Part shown: piece after piece, positions 18,196 through 33,245 of the stretch
Numbering within the stretch: the stretch's first letter is position 1
How the letters are laid out: every line of letters starts with the position of its first letter
Source: Saccostrea cucullata
Lineage: Eukaryota
Assembly (NCBI RefSeq): GCF_032062105.1
Contig: NW_026925463.1
Coordinates: 186,001 to 250,000 of the forward strand
Direction of reading: 5' to 3'
DNA length: 64,000 bases
Made by a program: the position numbers and the translations under genes
Notes under the pieces: model-generated
Seen by the model: the letters and a program-made list of their open reading frames with translations, nothing else
Told to the model about the DNA's origin: nothing
Database searches by the model: none

Positions 18196-19581
18196 AACAA
18201 GAGGCCAACAGGCCTTACAGGTCACCTGAGTATCATGTAACAACTTTCCAGCAATTGAATTTGGTGCGTGTTTTCATCCAAAAGTCATTCACAATTTTGA
18301 AAGAGGCACCATTGCCTATCATAATTATACACTTAGCATGCTTACATGTACTTTGGTTACTTAATACCCAGAGGTAGATCAGAGTAACAAAGAGAAAATG
18401 CATTTCCACTTTATAACCACCAGTTGTGCACTCCACCTCACAGGAACCACTGACCCTGCGGCCACATATTTTGGAAATTTTATCATAAATTTTATACCAT
18501 CAAAAATGGTTGATTAATACCAAAGAGCAGATTTCAAAGCATTAATTTATTTTCAGACAAAGTACCCCCCCCCCCTCCGTTACCCCTGACCCAGGGGCCC
18601 TGAAATTAACCATTTTGAAAGAGGCACCTTTCTTCATCATAAATATGTAATTAGATCATTGGCATGTTAACCAGGAGCAAAGGAAAAGATTTTCAAAGAA
18701 TTCATGCATTTCACTATATAATCATTAGAGCCCCACCCTAACGCCAGAACCCCTGACCCAGAGGACCTGACATTCACAAATTGGGAAGAGGCAGCCTTAT
18801 TCAACATAACTATGTACTTGGTTAGTTTATATAATGCCCAGGAGCAGAGAAGAAGGTTTTTAACAGAATTAATGCATTTTCATTATATAATCAATAGAGC
18901 CCCGCCCTAACACCAGAACCCTGACTCAGGGGACATGACATTCACAATTTTGGAAGAGACATTCTTGCTTATCATAACTTTGTACTTGATTAGTTTATAT
19001 AATACCCAGGAGCAGAGAAGAAGATTTTCAAAGAATTTATGCAGTTTCACTAAATAATCAATAGAGCCCCACCTACCACAAGAACCCCTGACCGTGGGGC
19101 CATGAAATTCAAAATTTTGAAAGAGGCAGCCTCATTTAACATAAATATGTACTTGGTTAGTTTATTTAATGCCAAGGAGCAGAGAAGATTTTCAAAGAAT
19201 TTATGCATTCTCACTATATAATCTATTTAGCCCCGCCCTAGCACTAGAACCCCTGACCCAGGGGCCATGGATTTCACAATTTTGGTAGAGGACTCAATGC
19301 TGATTACAATCATGCAAACAGTTTGACTGCTTGATGTCCAGGAATAAAAAAAAATTTAAAGATTGCATTAATTTTAGTGGTTTTGGCCCCGGGGGGCAGG
19401 GACCATTAAATTCATAATTCTTGTTCCCCTTCATCCATAGATGCGTTGTGCCAAATTTGGTTGAAACTGGTTGAGCGGTTGTAGAGAAGAAGCTTAAAAT
19501 GTTCAAATGTTAACGCACAACGCACGGCTACGGACGAAAACGGATAGCAATAGGTCACCTGAATTTACTCAAGTGAACTAA
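18196..19581. mobile_element. Non-autonomous Helitron/Helentron (HINE-type) with central ~167-bp tandem array
   Basis: Starts AACAAGAGGCC...GGTCACCTGAG. AGAACCCCTGACCC recurs at ~167-bp spacing. Ends with a GACG-like microsatellite and the hairpin GGTCACCTGA...TCAAGTGAACTAA. Confidence 0.8.
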
Positions 19582-19909
19582 CTACACTCATAAAATTTGT
19601 TTATACTTACCTGACCGCCAAAACTTTAAGATGAGTACATTTTTACCATCAAATTGATACGACTGAACAGGTTTCATTTCTATCGTCCAAGACTTCTCTG
19701 TATGAAATATTCTAGAATGGGACGTAAAACAACAAACATCCAATCAATCAATCGTCCAAACAAACCCTGCTAGCTTCGTGTTTTGACATCCTGGTCTGAC
19801 TTTTACTCTACCTTGGAACTCCTCTTACTTTATCCATCTTTTTGAAATATAATTGATGGTGTACTGTGGATGTACAATAACGCATTTTCATTCAAAGGGC
19901 AAAAACATG

Positions 19910-19943
<34 letters not shown>

Positions 19944-20925
19944 AAAGCTTTGGCCATTCTGTTTTTTACCAGATTTCCCCCTTGTAATACATATTGTGAC
20001 CCCGCCCTACCCCTGGGGTCATGATTTGAATAATTTACAATCTACACTACCTCAAGATGCTTCCACATAAGTTTCAGCTCTTCTGGCCCAGTGGTTCTTG
20101 AAAAGAAGATTTTTAAAGATTTTTCCTATATATTTCTATGTAAAAATTTGATTCCCCATTGTGGCCCCACCCTACCCCCGGGGGTCATGATTTGAAGAAT
20201 TTAGAATCTACACTACCCCAGAATGGGTCATGATTTGAGAAGAAGAACTATATATTTAAAACATTGATTCCCCATTGTGGCCCCTCCCTAGAATGAACAA
20301 TTTAGAATTTACACTACCCCAGGATGCTTCCACATAAATGTCAGCTTTTCTGGTCCAGTGGTTCTTGAGAAGAAGATTTTCAAAGATTTTTCCTTTATAT
20401 TTCTATGTAAAACTTGGATTCCATATTGTGGCCCCACCCTACCCCCAGGGGTCATAATTTGAATAATTTAGAATTAACACTACCCCAGGATGCTTCCACA
20501 TAAGTTTCAGGTTTTCTGGCCCAATGGTTCTTGAGAAGATTTTCAAAGATTTTTCCTTTATATTTCTATGTAAAACTTTGATTCCCCATTGTGGCCCCAC
20601 CCTACCCCCGGGGGTCATGATTTGAACAATTTAGAATTTACACTACCCCAGATGCTTCCACATGAGTTTCAGCTTTTCTGGCCCAGTGGTTTTTGAGAAG
20701 ATTTTTTAATGACTCCACCCTATTTTTGTCTTTTCTTGATTATCTCCCCTTGTGAGGGGACTTGGCCCTTCATTTTAAAATTTAAATTCCCCTTCACCCA
20801 AGGATGCTTTTTACCAAGTTTGGTCAAAATTGGCCCAGTTGTTCTTGAGAAGAAGTCGAAAATGTGAAAAGTTAACAGACGGACGGACGGACGGACAGGC
20901 GGACGGACGGACGACGGACAAAATG

Positions 20926-20971
<46 letters not shown>

Positions 20972-20972
20972 G
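19910..20972. mobile_element. Non-autonomous Helitron/Helentron (HINE-type) with ~164-bp tandem array
   Basis: Starts AACAAGAGGCCCATGGGCCACATCGCTCACCTG, followed by repeated TGTGGCCCCACCCTACCCC units, (GACG)n at ~20877-20920 and the terminal hairpin AGCTCACTTGAGCCTTCGGCTCAGGTGAGCT. Confidence 0.85.
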
Positions 20973-23129
20973 GGGTTGAAAAACGACATTTTGATAAAAA
21001 GAATTGGGTTTTTTATTTGAAGTCTTAGATTTTACTGGGGAGCCAAATCTCTGCTGAGATATGACTTTTGGTGATCTGTAAATCTGAAAAGTTTCAAAGA
21101 TTACATTTTTATTCGAGTGTAATTATAAGAATTCCAAGACGATTTTTTTCGATAACCAGCTGATGCCAAGGACTCCCTTTACAGTTTTTGTGGTATTTTA
21201 AAAGTAGTTCTGTTAATTTTAAAATGACGAATGAAAATTTTAAACCTTCTTGCACATATAACAACAATATTTCAAAATTAGATCTGACTACTTCAAGAAT
21301 TTTGGAGTTCTGTAAACCAGATTTCTGTTTTAAAAAAGAGGACAAAACAGATAAAGAATAGACCCTGGAAATAAAAGAATTGAAATCATGTGACCGGTTA
21401 ACAAGAGAAAGCATCCCTTGTTGACCCGTCACTCCCGCCGTGATTAGAAGAAGGGAGTAATCCTCGGTTAAATTTAGGGAAAAAGGCAATGACCTAACAA
21501 ATTGTATGAACTGTCAAACAAAATACTTATCATCCATAAGTTGTATTCACAAACAAGGTTATTATAACGACTGATAGAATTTGCAAAAAGCTGAATTTAG
21601 ATTGTTGTTGAAATCCTTGAGACATCAAATTGTTTTTCAGTAGCTTGTCTCAGTTTAAAAATAGATCGTACCCAAAGCATGATCTTGCCTATCGAATAAG
21701 TAAAGAGACATATAAGCACCACATGCAGGTGATGCTGGACTATAAAAAGGTAAGCTAATGATGGAAAAGCAAAGTCAATGTTTGTCTTTTTTTTCAAGAG
21801 GTCCAGTAAAACATGTACATACACTCAAATGAAGGACTACTAATGGTTACTTTTGTATTCAAATTGTACTAAGGAGAGAGGAACAAATTTCCTGCAAGGA
21901 AGTACAAATATCGTTATCCAGGAATTTTCCTTTACCTGACAATGTTGTGAATAGGCAAAGAGAGAAAAAGGAAGTTTTGAAGAAAAGAAAGTTTACCGCG
22001 CTTTGACATCCCCCATATTTGTCAATCTAATTAAGATTAGACCTTTCATCTTGCTCTTCCTAATCTTATTTGTCACTCGTTTCACGAACGACAAATACAG
22101 TTCCGAAGAGCATGATAAAAATTCTAATTCTAATTACGGCAGATTGCCGTATTCGCTTGATCTTAGCCACTGTGAAATATTTCATTCACAAAAGGCATAA
22201 AAAGTATCAAAGGAAGATTGTACAATTTCAGATATGTTGTAAAAGTTATTTTCATTAGTCGTAAGAGTAAAGGGTAACAAAGAATGCTTTGAAGGATTGA
22301 AAATATCCAAAAAAAAAAAACTTTTAGTTTTAGATGAACTTTTGCATTATTTAGTGAACCCTCGTACTTTTCTGTAGACTTCGCGGATAAATTATATAAG
22401 AATAAGTGTCAGTGATACCAGTATCTATCTTTATCTTTTCCTTGGAATAATAGAATGAACTTCATCTTCTGTTCATTCAAATTCCAAGCCTTCAAGAGAT
22501 TTCAATAGCAAGTACTTTTCTATGGTAATTCTTCTAATTTAAAACATATAATAATTTTTTCTTGATTTCTATGTCTCTTCACATCTTTTCGACCAATATT
22601 CGATTTTCTTGACCATAGAACTTGCAAAATTGTGACTTTACGACGAGACTGCTTTTGTTATTTCTGTTTAATTAACTTATTTGTCAGTAACTTACCTCGC
22701 TATAGAAAATGTTCGTACGTAAAGCACGCTCTTGAGTATCGAATTAATTGAGAGATATAAACCCTATATTGCTACATTAGTAAACAGTGTTGACGATTGA
22801 AATGTGAAGTCATCACATTTATCATATAGCTTTTTAGTTAGTCACCTTTAACGTCTTTTTTTCTAGTAAAATATCCAAATATGACATAAATATGTCAGAT
22901 TCTGTGGTATCTTGTATTTCAAGCTCACTGGGGTAAATCGTATTGACATACTTAAAGTATGAACGGAAGTAACTATTGATAAGACACATGTTTGTCGTCG
23001 ATATGTCTAAATGTCGTGATTAATGGCTGTTGCAAGTGTTTTCTTCTCAAGTGTATGCTTTCGAATAAATTCTGCTTCAAGTGAAAACGAAATTAGGTCT
23101 ACTTACAACGGGGTGCAATTAATACCCTT

Positions 23130-23705
23130 AGGAATCATAGAACAATCTGCACTTGAGTGGAAGTCCCTGCTCTATGTCAACTTCCTCGGCTATGAGAGAG
23201 CACGACTGCATGGACCGAGAGACATTGTGGAAGATACTGAGGCACTATGGAGTACCGAGAAGCTCGTCTCCCTTATTCGTAACACCTACCAAGGCACATA
23301 TTCAGGGTTACCCATGCTGGTCAGATGTCTGAAAGTTTCGGGGTCAAGAGAGGAGTTCAGCAAGGATGCTTGCTGTCACTAATTTTTTTTCTCTTGGTCA
23401 TTGACTGGATCACGAAGACCACTGCAGCAGGCAGGAACAATGATATACAGTTGACACTCCTGACGCAACTCGAGTGTGGTGGAGAGAAAGGATGGCGCAG
23501 GCCGTGACATCAAGTCAAAATGTGGCAAGACAAGAACTGCATTTACCATAAAAAGAACATCCACATTACCACCAAACTGCGGATTCTCAACTCTAATGTA
23601 AAGTCCGTCCTATTTCATGTTGCAGAGACGTGGAGACTGTCCAAAGTCAACCTGGAGAAGATGAAGACATTTTACAACACCCTTCTCAGGCGTATCTTCA
23701 AACAT
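23130..23705 (+). mobile_element. RTE-clade LINE RT fragment (degenerate)
   Basis: Translated pieces IIEQSALEWKSLLYVNF, GVQQGCLLSLIFFLLVIDWI and TKLRILNSNVKSVLF..ETW. Confidence 0.8.
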
Positions 23706-24831
23706 CCGACATTGGCGTCGGAAGCAAATTTAAAGTGGGGGGGGGGGGGGCTAAATGGAAAAAAAAATTCCAACCTCCGAAAAAACTTGACAAGCAAAAA
23801 AGGAAATTCGTTCATTGTCCAAGCACGAAAACCTATTTCGTGGGGGTTAGGATCAATCATTTTCAGTACCGATTTTTTTTCAAATCCACTACCAATTACC
23901 CTATCTGCACCTAAACTTCAACGTGCCTCTTAAAAGTGGGGGGTGGGGGGGGTGGGGGGTGGGGTGGTTAAACCTATGCCCCAGTGTTCAATGCTTATAT
24001 TATGTTTAACTTTGCCCCCCCCCCCCCCAAAAAAAAAAAGAACAATTGGATAAATATATGCTCACCTTCGCAACTGAATGGTTCATGGTAAAAAGAATGC
24101 ATTTTTTATGATTATGGTTTAAATTTACTACTTATTGCTAAAATATTTTGGTTGCAATACTCTTTCAAGACGTAGGACATAAATAAACAAAGGTAAATGT
24201 CAGTTATAACAAAATTGTAATTTGTTGCAAATATTATAAAAATTGTGTAAAACTGGTCCAGTACATTATTCTGTTGTTCCAAACAAATAAATGTCAGAAT
24301 TGTGTATATCAGGGAATTTTAAAAGTATGCCTGAATAAAGATCCACGAGAATGAGTTATTGCCCTAAGCAACATTTTATAATATTGAATAATTTATTAAT
24401 AAAGAAAATATACTACATGTAGTATATTTTAAAAATTCTTTACTTAACAATCTTTTTCATTACACCTACTGTATTGAAAAGCATTCTTTGCTTTGGTATG
24501 TTTCAAATTAATAGCAGTTTTTTTTAGCATATGTCATCACATTGGTTTTTCTGTATAAACTCGAATATCTACACAGAGCTTTGTCATACTAACACCCATT
24601 AATGGAAAGGTTCGCCTTAAACTATGTTGAGACCAGATACAATTCGAAGTATTTCTGTATGAACTAAAAGTTCTACACAGAGCTTTGCCATACTAACACC
24701 AATTAATGGAAAGATCGTGCATAATTATGTTGAAGGCTCGTCTATAACTATGTTGATACCAGGTATAATTCCAAGTATTTCTGTATAAACCCGAGATTCT
24801 ACACAGAGCTTTGCCAAACTGACACCAATAA

Positions 24832-25894
24832 CTAGTTTTGGAGAGGTTCGTCTATAACTATGTTAGGACCAGGTATAATTCCAGGAGGGTCCTTAGCACT
24901 TGTAATGGCTGTCGTTGTAATTGTGGCCATGCTCGTGTCTTCAGCCGTGGATTCTTCAATCTGTTGTCAAAGAATTAATAATTTTAAGATAAGATTTACC
25001 CATACATTAAATAGTACAAATATTCAGTTGCTTTGCTTTTCATTGACAAAATTAAAAGTATTTGCAGAAAAAAGCTTCATACCAATCTTATAAATTGTAA
25101 TTAGCCTTGTAAAAAATTAAATTTTAACTTGTCCCATGTCATATACCCTCACCCCTTTCAAAAATTAAAAATATAATGCATATCAAATAATAAGGCTCAG
25201 GAAATAGGCATGCTCTTGGGGTACCGTTATACTTGCTGACACCCTCAATGATATACTTTTACTATACATTAACTGTCTTAGATACTGTAGGCTCCGTGGT
25301 CGGAACTACCTGTTTGAATCAAGGTAAGAATTTGAATTTTTTTTTTTTTAAAAGTGGTAACAATTGTTCTTTCGCCAAACGAGACCAAGAGTCAGTTGTT
25401 GGTCTTTTGGATGAGACTTTAAAAATTGAGGCCCCATGTCACGGTAAGCGTTGGCACGATGAAGAACCCCCACTGCTCAAAGACCCCTTCACGGTATATG
25501 GTGTCTCTGAGTGAAAAAATTCTCGAATAGGAAGTAAAACAACAAACAACCAATCAATCTTTTCAAATAGATAAAAAATTTATCTTACCTTGAGATAAAG
25601 TTGACAGAGTGTAGATTGGGTGTTTGACTTAGTAACACCCGACTTGGAGAGGAGCTTGCACATGGAGTATTCCTCAGTCTTACAAACAACCATTGAACGA
25701 CAGGCGTCGACCTCCAAACAACGGGCAGCGCAGGCTATTGCTGCATTTTTGCGAGTTTTAGGCAGGGTTAGTTCTTGTAGGATTGACGAATTTTCATACG
25801 ATAAGAAGGAAATTTTTTAAAACAAATTTTCTTTAAATATAGATGCAACTTGTGCTGCTGATAAAATTATCAAGAGCAGCAATCCGAAATGCAT
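24832..25894 (-). pseudogene. Secreted PAN/Apple-like gene copy 1 (nonsense at codon 26)
   Basis: Exons 25894-25589 and 24960-24832 are collinear with copy 2. CAA>TAA at 25819-25817. Confidence 0.8.
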
Positions 25895-27059
25895 TCTTCT
25901 TCAACCAATTGAATCTGAATGTGAAATTGGGTTCCCTTATCGAAAACGCATGATTGATTCATCACAGAAATATATTACAAAGACGTATTCAGTAAATCAT
26001 TACTTACTGTCGAGAGTGTTCTTGATTATTTAGATATTGTACTTGGTTAATCCACCGAAAACTAGGGATTTCTTTCTCTTTTTCTGGTTCAAGGATGAAA
26101 GAAATCATGTTGATGCAAAGTCAACAAACCTTAAAAGATATTGCGTGAATATTCTCTATAAGTTGATCATCGGTAATTATACTGTTGGCACATTTCTGTA
26201 CGTGTAAAGCTTTGACTGTTTTTATCAACATCCACCATAAGATGATGTATTAATGTAATGTGTCCAAAATCGCTTCTGGAAACGCCTTGTCATCCCCCGC
26301 ATTCCCCAATCTTATAAAAATTAGACCTTTCATCTCGCTCTTCGTAATTTCATTTGTCACTCGTTTCACGAGCGACAAATACAGATCTGAAGAGCGAGAT
26401 GAAAGGTGTAATTTTAATTAGATTGCCGCATTCGCTTGATCTTAACCACTGTGAAATATTTTATTTCAAAAAGACATGAAAATAATCAAAGGAAGATTGT
26501 ACAATTTCAGATATTATAAGAAGTTATTTTCATCAGTCCTAAGACGCGCGTAAAGGTTAACAAACAATGCGTTGAAGGATTGAAAATAGCAAGAAAAATT
26601 GTGAATATGTATCAGTTACTTTTCTTCCTTTTAGATGAATATTTGCATTCATTTATTTATTGAACAACCCTTGTACTTTTCAGTAGACAACGCAGATAAA
26701 AATATAACGACAAATGTCTGTGATACCGGTATCTATCTCTAATAGAATGAAGTTCATCTTCTGTTCATACAAATTTCAAGCCTTCAAGAGATTTCATTAG
26801 CAAGCACGAGTACTTTTATATGGTATTATACGGTAATATAAAACATATCATAATTTTTCTTAATTTCTATCCCCTTTCAGCTCTTTTTGACCAATATCCT
26901 CTAAAAGTTTTGACCAAAGAACCTGCAAAATTGTGACTTTAAAACGAGACTCGCGCAGCTGTTGTTATTTCTGTTTCATCAACTTAATACCGGTATTTGT
27001 CAGTAACTTACCTCGCTACAGAAAATGTGCGTAGGTAAAGCATGCTCTTTAGTATCGAA

Positions 27060-28103
27060 TCGACTATGAGGGAGCATTCGACAGCATGGACCGAGAGTAC
27101 TGAGGCACTATGGAGTACCGAGAAGCTCGTCTTCCTAATCCGTATCACCTATTGAGACATGATGTGCAGAGTTACCCATGTAAGCCAGATGTCTGAGAAT
27201 TTCGATGTCAAGACAGAAGTTCGACAAGGATGCTTGCTGTCATCACCATTTCTTTTTCTCTTGGTCATTGATTGGATCATGAGGACTACCACGTCAGGTA
27301 GGAACCATGGTATACAGAGGACACTCCTGACGCAATTCGACGATATTGATTTTGCCGATGACTTTGTTCTCCTTTCACACAACCACAGTCAGATGCAGGA
27401 TAAAACAACTCGCCTTGCAACAACATCGACAGGAACGGGACTCAAAATCAACTCGAAGAAAACAAAATTGATGAAGATAAATACCACTATCCAAACACCA
27501 GTCAGTTGGTTCCGAGCCCATCGAAGAAGATGAGTCCTTCATCTACCTGGTGAGCGTGGTGAACAGACAGGGTGGCACAGACCGTGACAACAGGTCAAGA
27601 CCTGGCAAAGAACTGCATTTACCATGAAAAGAACATCTGGGCCTTAAAGAACATACGTATTACCACCAAACTCTAATGTAACGTCCGTCCTATTGTATAG
27701 TGCAGAGACATGGAGGTTGATCAAAGCAACCCTGCAGAAGATCCAGACATTTCACAACACCTGTCTGAGGCGCATCTTCAACATCAGGTGGCCTGAAAGG
27801 ATTCCCAACGAAGAACTCTGGAAGAGAGCAGGACGGGAACCAATGGACGTACAAATAAGACAGAGGATGTGGGGCTGGAGGGACACAATTCAACATCACA
27901 TGCCAGGCCCTGACTTGGAACTCACAGAGTAAAAGAAAGAAAGATGTCTAAGAAACACCTGGAGGCGTTACTCGGGGTCGGAACTAAAGGCACAGGACCT
28001 GACCTGACAGGATGCATCAAGGGCAGCTTAGAATAGAGTTCGTTGGAGGACTGTCGTCGATGGCCTATGTCCCTCACGGAACGACAGACCCAAGTAAGTA
28101 AGT
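27060..28103 (+). mobile_element. RTE-clade LINE 3' fragment (degenerate)
   Basis: Translated pieces VRQGCLLS, DIDFADD, GLKINSKKTK and YSAETW...CLRRIFNIRWP, ending in an (AAGT)n tail at ~28092-28103. Confidence 0.85.
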
Positions 28104-29116
28104 ATTGGAGGACCTGTCTCCAGAACCACATAGATATTGTCAATCTGAAACTCAAGCATCTTTTCATATCAACTTTAGAATACTTGTGTTTACAACCAAA
28201 ATGTTGTTTTAACAAAATAGTTTTGCAAATGACTTATGACAAGGTAAGTAAACTTCTGAGTTCCATTTTATTACAAAAAAAGCTGACACTGATGTCAAGA
28301 AGCTCGGACTTTTAGTTGTAAGAGAAGTGATTCTTCTAAAGTGATATCTTCTTAAGTCAATATCTTTTTACAATATACTAAAATATTAGGAAATTACTTT
28401 CTGAATAACATAAGAACTAATATGTGATCACTTTCACAAATGAATGGATAAAATAAAAAAAATACACCATATTTGTGATTATGGTTTAAATTAACTACCG
28501 GTATTCATTGCCAAAAATATGTTGTCACACACTTTTTCAAGATGCAAGACATACTAGTAAATAAACAGAGGTACTAAATGTCAGCATAACAATACTGTAC
28601 ATTTTTTGCAAAGAACGATAAAAAATTGTTTGAAACTGGTTCAGTACATTATTCCGATATTGGAATTTACAAAAAAAAATGCTTCTTTCTAAATAAGTTG
28701 GAATTGTGTATATCAGGGAATTTGAAGTATGCCTGAATAAAGATACATGAGTTATTGCCCTCAGCAAAATTTTAAAATATTGAATGATTTATTAAATAAA
28801 GAAAATATATATTTAAAAAAAATCTTTGCTAAACAATCTTTTTATTAGACCTACTGTATTGAAAAGCATTCTTCCAAAAGATAATTTTGCTTTGGTATGT
28901 TTTCAAATTAATAACAGTTTTTTTTTTAAAAACCTATCACATCAAATTGTATTTGGTTTTTCTGTACAAACTCGAATTTCTACACAGAGCTTTGTCATAC
29001 TAACACCAATTAATGGAAAGGTTCGCCTTTAACTATGTTGAGACCAGGTACAATTCCAAGTATTTCTGTATGAACTCGAATTTCTACACAGGGTTTTACC
29101 ACACTAACACCAATTA

Positions 29117-30254
29117 CTAGTTGTGGAGAGGTTCGTCTATAACTATGTTAGGAGCAGGTATAATTCCAGGAGGGTCCTTAGCACTTGTAATAGTTGTCGT
29201 TGTAATTGTGGCCATGCTCGTGTCTTCAGTAGTGGCTTCTTCAATCTGTTGTCAAAGAATTAATTAATGATTTTGAAATAAGATTTACCTATACATTAAA
29301 ATACAGTAAAAAAATAATCAGTTGCCTTGCTAGTTTTCTTTGACAAAAATTGTCAATCTTTTTGTTCGGTATTTACTATAAGTATTTGCAGAAAAAATCC
29401 TTATACAAATTTTATAGCTTTTATATAATTTTATGAGCCGTTTAAAATATTAAAATTTAATTTGTCTTATGTTACATACCCTTACCCCCTTCAAATATGA
29501 AAAAATAGAATGTATATTAAATTATTAAGCCCCAGGAAAGAGAAAGAGGCTCCTTGCTGACTCCCTCAGTGATATGCCTTTACTATACATTATACATCTT
29601 TTTAAATAGGCTCCGTGATCGAAAATAAGTGTGTTCGAATCAAGGAATAACTCATAAAACTGTTGATTAAAAAATTTTGATTAAAAAATTGGTAGAAACA
29701 CTTCTTTCGCCAAGCAAAGCCAAGAAAAGTTATTGGTCTTAGGGATGAGACCTTCGAGGTCCCGTGTCACGGTAGGCGTTGGCTCGATAAAGACACCCCT
29801 CATTGCTCAATGGCCCTGAGTGTCGAGTAAAGGGCTAAATTCGAATCCATTCACGGTGTCTCTATCTGAGTGACAAAAATTCTCGAATAGGACGTAAAAT
29901 AACAAACAACCAATCAATCTTTTCAGATAGATAACAATTTTGTCTTACCTTGAGGTAAAGTTGACAGAATGGAGATTGGGTGTTTGACTTTGTAACACCC
30001 GACTTGGCGAGGAGCTTGCACACTGGGTATTCCTCAGTCTTACATAAAGCCATTGAACGACAAGCACCGACCTCCAAACAACGGGCAGCGCAGGTTATTG
30101 CTGCAGTTTTGCAAGTTTTAGGTAGGGTTAGTTCTTGTAGGATTGATGAATTTTCATACGATAAGAAGGAAATTTTTTGAAACAAATTTTCTTTAAATAT
30201 AGATGCAACTTGTGCTGCTGATAAAATTATCAAGAGCAGCAATCCGAAATGCAT
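29117..30254 (-). CDS. Small secreted PAN/Apple-like protein with Thr-rich tail (144 aa), copy 2, intact
   Basis: Exon 1 (30254-29949) encodes the signal peptide MHFGLLLLIILSAAQVAS and the Cys pattern TCAARCLEVGACRSMALC...VCKL...CQLY. Exon 2 (29245-29117) encodes IEEATTEDTSMATITTTTITSAKDPPGIIPAPNIVIDEPLHN*. The intron is phase-0 GT-AG. The PAN assignment rests on the CxxxC-x4-C-x-S...C-x-L pattern. Confidence 0.75.
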
Positions 30255-33245
30255 TTTTCTTCAACAAATTGGATCTAAATGTGAGATTGGATTCCCTTAT
30301 CGAAAACGCATGATTAACGTCACAGAAATAATATAACAAAGGCGTATTCAGTAAATAATTACTTACTGTCGAGAGTGTGCTTGATTATTTATATATTGTA
30401 CTTGGTTAATCCACCGAAAAGTAGGGATTTCTTTCTCTTTTTCTGGTTCAAGGATGAAAGAAATCATGCTGATGTAAAGTCAACAAACCTTAAAAGAAAT
30501 TGCGTGAATATTCTCTATAACTGGATCAGTAATTATACTGTTGGCACATTTCTGTACGTGTAAAGCTTTGACTGTTTTTATCAACATCCACCCTAAGATG
30601 ATGTATAAATGTAATGTGTCCAAAATAGATGAATTATAACTTTGAACATTTTTTGCGTATGAAACATGATTTAATTCTTTTTTACAGTAACAAATTAACC
30701 TATTTTCTTTTATAATAAATATATTGATTGGGACTGTCTAATCGCGAAAATTTTATTCTAGTATATATTTGTATGATTAAAGGATACAAATTCGAAGTAA
30801 TGAATGAAAATTCATGTCTTCGACGAAGAAAAGAAATAATAAGGATTAAGGTGTTTTAGAAAAACAAATATAATTAATATACATGGACGCAAAATAGAAA
30901 AAGTGAAATCGCTTTCATATGTAATCGAGCATAGTTCTAACCCTATTGAAAAAGACAAAATAACAATCATTGCTATATCTGGAACATTTTTTTTTAATTT
31001 AAATAACAAGACAACTTTTTACCCGATAAATAATATAGAGACATTTTTACTTAGAAAGAAATCGAATGCTGAAGGTTTAATTAGACAAGGTATGTAGACA
31101 ATGTACATGATGCAGCATGTTTTGTATGAAATGAATTGTGTTTAAAAACTAAAATAAAAAGGGGGATAATAAAGTTAAAATGGTGATAATTTGCTTGTTT
31201 AAAAATTGCTTTAATTCTAATTCAAAGTGTTCAGGTAGGCCAATAGAAGGTGACGAAATGAAATGAAGCCTTTTCACCAAAGTTCCTCATTTCTTTTTGG
31301 GTTTTCTTTTTGGGCCTCCCCGTGATACATGTATCCACCCCATCTTCAATTCCACACATAGAAGACCGGTGATTTGCCTACACAATTTAAAGTTGTGATA
31401 TATTTATTGTATATATCGCGTGGACATGTAGAACGAAGCAACGGCAGTGCATTGGTAATTGATAAAACGCCTTGCTCGTTGCTTCTTAATGTCTAGTAGT
31501 TGAAAACCGCGGGATTTTTGGATGACACTTCGAAAAGCGAGGTCCCATGCTAAGACAGATATTGGTATGATAAAGAACCCTCACTGCTTAATGGTCCTGT
31601 TTGCCAATAATGGGCTTTTAAAACTCTAAGTGGAATTATTTTATCAAATGACAGCATTACATTACCAAAAAATGCCATGCAGATAAAACCATGTTTTGGT
31701 TGCATGCCTATCGGGATCTCAAGTTTAAAGATATTGATCAATGTTTTGTTTCAAAAATGGAGGATCTCGGAGCAAGACTAGTTTGTATTTTTTCTCTATT
31801 TTTCCTGATAATTGATCCATAAATATATAGGAGCAGAGAAAATACAATTCTGAATATATGTTCTTATTATTTACTCTCTTTTTATTGAATTACTGCAGGA
31901 GATAGAATCAAATTTTTTAAAACTAATTTTAGATATCTTTTGTTTATGATTTTATATACTTTGGTTTGTAGTAATAGACTAGTGAGTGTTTTACTATCCA
32001 TGTATTAAGTTGTCAAATGTTTGCTGTGTATTCATGTACAAACATGGTGTTAAACAAAATAATTGAAATTAGTCACTATCTGATTGCATGCTCTCTGTTT
32101 GTGTTAACATTTAGCTACTTAGTACTAGTTTTGTAAACAGATTAAAAAAACAGTTACGTTATCTTTTGATTTTTAAAGTGCATGCTCCCAAAGCTGAGTT
32201 TTTACAATGAACATTTTCACGTTCAAAACTATGTGTCACAGAGAATCGTTACAGAACCTTAGAAGTGTCATCTGCTGTAAAACAATGCGGGCATAAATTA
32301 TTCTGAAATACATTTCAATGCTAGCATTATGGTTCAGCAAAAATAAAAGCGATATGGAGTAGAAAAATATATCGTGAATAATAAATATCAAACAGAAATA
32401 TCGAAAGAGAAATCAATATATGATATACTAGAAATAATTATCTATCAATGCATATTTAATGTTCAATATTCAACAACCCATCAGACAGATTCGTAACTTG
32501 AAAAAGTTCATCTTTGTTGAAAGAAATGAAAGTCGAGAAGTAAGTTTTAATGACAAAACCCAGGATGGTGTAGCAGATTACGAATTATTTTTTAATTAAC
32601 TGGCCCCAAGATCATGAAACAAACTTAGACTTAAGTCAAATTTTCTATCACCTATAAAATATTCATTTAATTGAGGAATTTAATTAGAAATTTGCAGATA
32701 ACATCTCTTTTGAGAAGCAATATTGAAAAATATTTTAATTGTGGTCTTCTCGACCTTTACAACATTTTATAATAAGATAAAGATTTTGACTTAAGCTTGA
32801 GATGTTTCATGATCCCGGAACCAGGTCAATGTATCTTAGCCCTGATGTTTAAACTTTGAATTCTCTCTAGGATCAATCCAGACGATGGAACAAATATGAA
32901 GAAGAAGTTGACAAGAATGGACTACTAGTACCAGATGGATGCTGAAATCTCGTGTCAGACTGTTGGGAGGGAATTAGAATACAACCATATCCCCAGTCTT
33001 GAGATAAATTAGAGATCTAACATGACCGATATCAACTGGTCACTGCTGACAAATGCGGTAACAACTTAAGTCTTTGTTTGTATGGTTCGTTTTAGCAACT
33101 AAAGGAACTTGGATTTGAATCTTCAAGTGTTAATGTTATTTATGCTCATAGTAAATTCCTTTTTTTACGGAGGACATTCTTGAAAAAGCAATATGCTACT
33201 ATGTAAATCTCATTGAACTACTAATATTTCATTTCATTAATCAAT

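Larger units (their letters stand above)
21998..30626. repeat. Tandem segmental duplication (~4.3-kb units: ~21998-26270 and ~26284-30626)
   Basis: Collinear blocks in both units: Penelope-like relic, RTE relic, PAN gene exons, intronic SINE and upstream region ending GTGTCCAAAAT. Confidence 0.85.
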